A stretch of 64,000 nt of DNA from Amoebidium appalachense (lineage: Eukaryota; Protista; Ichthyosporea): the NCBI GenBank assembly GCA_963693365.1, contig CAVNZM010000010.1, forward strand, positions 3,162,001 through 3,226,000, written 5' to 3'. Position numbers and translations under genes: made by a program. Below, in pieces: positions 10,666 through 64,000 of this stretch. Under the pieces are notes generated by a model. That model was not told the origin of the DNA. It worked only from the letters and a program-made list of their open reading frames with translations, and made no database searches. Each line of letters opens with the position of its first letter. The stretch's first letter is position 1.

Positions 10666-12264
10666 TCATACAGTAGTTCCCATGCGCATACACGGCACGT
10701 ATGTGGCTCGTGAGCAGGTTGAAATGGCCTAGTAGGGTTGCAGGGTTGCACTTGCTAGCGCGCTGCCGCGGCCAGGCCCACACAGGCTCATGCATGCATA
10801 GCAATTGCAATGATCACATTTCGTAACTCCTAACAACAAACCCCGAGGCCTTGTTGTTACTGCACACAATACTTTCTTCGAATTCCTAACAGGTCAACCC
10901 CCCCCCCCCCCCCCCGGTGCGGGGATCAAGACTTTAGAAAAATATGCTCATGACTTCCACCGAATCAAAAGGCACTATTTATCAGTCTGCAAAAGAATCA
11001 AACTTTTTTTTCAAAATGTGCCCACTACTGCAAAAAAATTTCATCTATCTCCACATAAGAGAAGAGTTTTATGTTTACAAGAAATTTTTTGAAATGCGAG
11101 TATTCATGATGTACTGGCCATTTAGAGGTTCTGTGTGCTCTTGAAGCGGTGATTAAGGTTTCGTTTCAACCAATCAATGCACAAAAGAGGCTTTTGCTTT
11201 TCACCGAAAAACCCGTTCTTGGTAGAGGCAAAGTCGCGATTACGTAAGCAAGAACAAGCAACAAGTGCACTCTTGGCTTTTCCGCTTACTCAAGTTTTTT
11301 TTTTTGGTTTCAAGGTGTGCTGTCACAGGCACTCTTCGTGTTTTTTGTGCTCCCTGCCTCGATTTCTTGATAATAAAGGGGATATTGGCCACTAACTTGT
11401 ATTATAGCATCAGCAAACATTTGACCTGTTTTCACCCAGTTTGTTGTCCCCACGAACACTACGGTGCCTAGAGTTGAACCCAGTCAGACACCCATTGCTA
11501 CCCAGTGTTTTGTTACCACGGGATGAGAGGGCGTAGTACCATGTCGTAAAGAGTGGTAGTTCCTTCTTCTCCCCCTTATTCCCATCCTCGCTTTACCACC
11601 CTTACTTCTTTTTTACTTCTGCATGGCTGTCTTTCGTCAGTGAATTGTCGCTGTTCTGTGTGAGCCAGATCCCCTTTTACAGTGGTGCAATTGCCTCGTG
11701 TATGGCCTGTCCAGACGCGGTTAACATTAAAGCAGAAATGACACCGGTAGACATTGTGCGGAAAGATTGAAAGTCCGGGAGAGATTATCCTTACCAATCT
11801 GTGTGCATGTTCACACCCCCCCCTCCCCCCCCCCCCCCCCCCCCCCCCCAAACACACACACACACACACACTTTAAGGAAGAAAACTTCACTCACACACC
11901 TACGCTCTCACTCCGGCCCAGGCTCTCCACTACCTTCGCCCATCTCACTATGCGCACTTCGCACATATCACTACGCATGCTTTCCTTTTTCTGTCAAAGT
12001 TCTCCTCCTCCTCGGAAAGAGGGAAACGTTTTGGGGAAAGAACATGATATCGTCCCCCCCCCCCCAAAAAAAAAAGAAAAAAGAAGAAGAAAATAAATGG
12101 AATGAAAACTTCTCGAAGGAAAAACAAAAACACCCAATCACCCACCAATCTCGTTATGTTGCTCACATCCTGAATGCAGACGTGTTATTGTTCTTTCGCA
12201 TTTCCTTTTCGTCAACCTGCCTACACTTGACGACCCCCCCCCCTCCCTCCCTCCCTCCCTTCCT

Positions 12265-12296
<32 letters not shown>

Positions 12297-12396
12297 CCCC
12301 CCCCCCCCCCCCCCTCCCCCCCCCTTCATCCCGGCCCTTTCCGGTTCGTCCCGCCCCCATGGCTGAGAAGTATACGAACTGATTCGCTGACAAGCA

Positions 12397-63789
<51,393 letters not shown>

Positions 63790-64000
63790 GTGGGTTATTC
63801 CCCCCCATCACCCTTCATCATAAGTCACTGCCACTACAAACACCACACATGCATGCACGCATTGTAGCAATTGCCACCAATAACCGTTCCTTTGTTCAAG
63901 TGAACTGCCTTGTATATGTTCGCTGGACGTTGTAGTTGTAACATAACTGCATGGTTGGCAATGCAATCCGATCCGTTTAAATTACCAATCACTTTCATTC

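Overview
Eukaryotic genomic DNA saturated with poly-C/poly-G tracts and (CA)n/(TG)n microsatellites, so most entries in the ORF track are repeat artefacts. The main content is one very large, intron-dense + strand gene (about 12397 to beyond 64000). By hand I trace about 70 phase-consistent exons (about 10.7 kb CDS, about 3550 aa so far). It encodes an animal-type RNF213/mysterin homolog with a charged N-terminal tail, CBM20-like domain, helical stalk, dynein-like AAA+ ring (P-loops [25 protein letters not shown]) and the start of the E3 module; RING/RZ domains would lie past the window. Unusual points in this gene are an apparent tandem ubiquitin-interacting-motif insertion, 2-3 GC-AG introns and one frameshift in a G6 run. 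Upstream lie a 5'-truncated but otherwise open APE-RT non-LTR retrotransposon (2207-5200), an intronless, multiply frameshifted LRR pseudogene on the - strand (8745-9969), a terminal exon with a globin-like pattern, several TIR/foldback elements and many minisatellites. All assignments come from motif recognition by eye; no searches were run, and the organism cannot be determined from this window.
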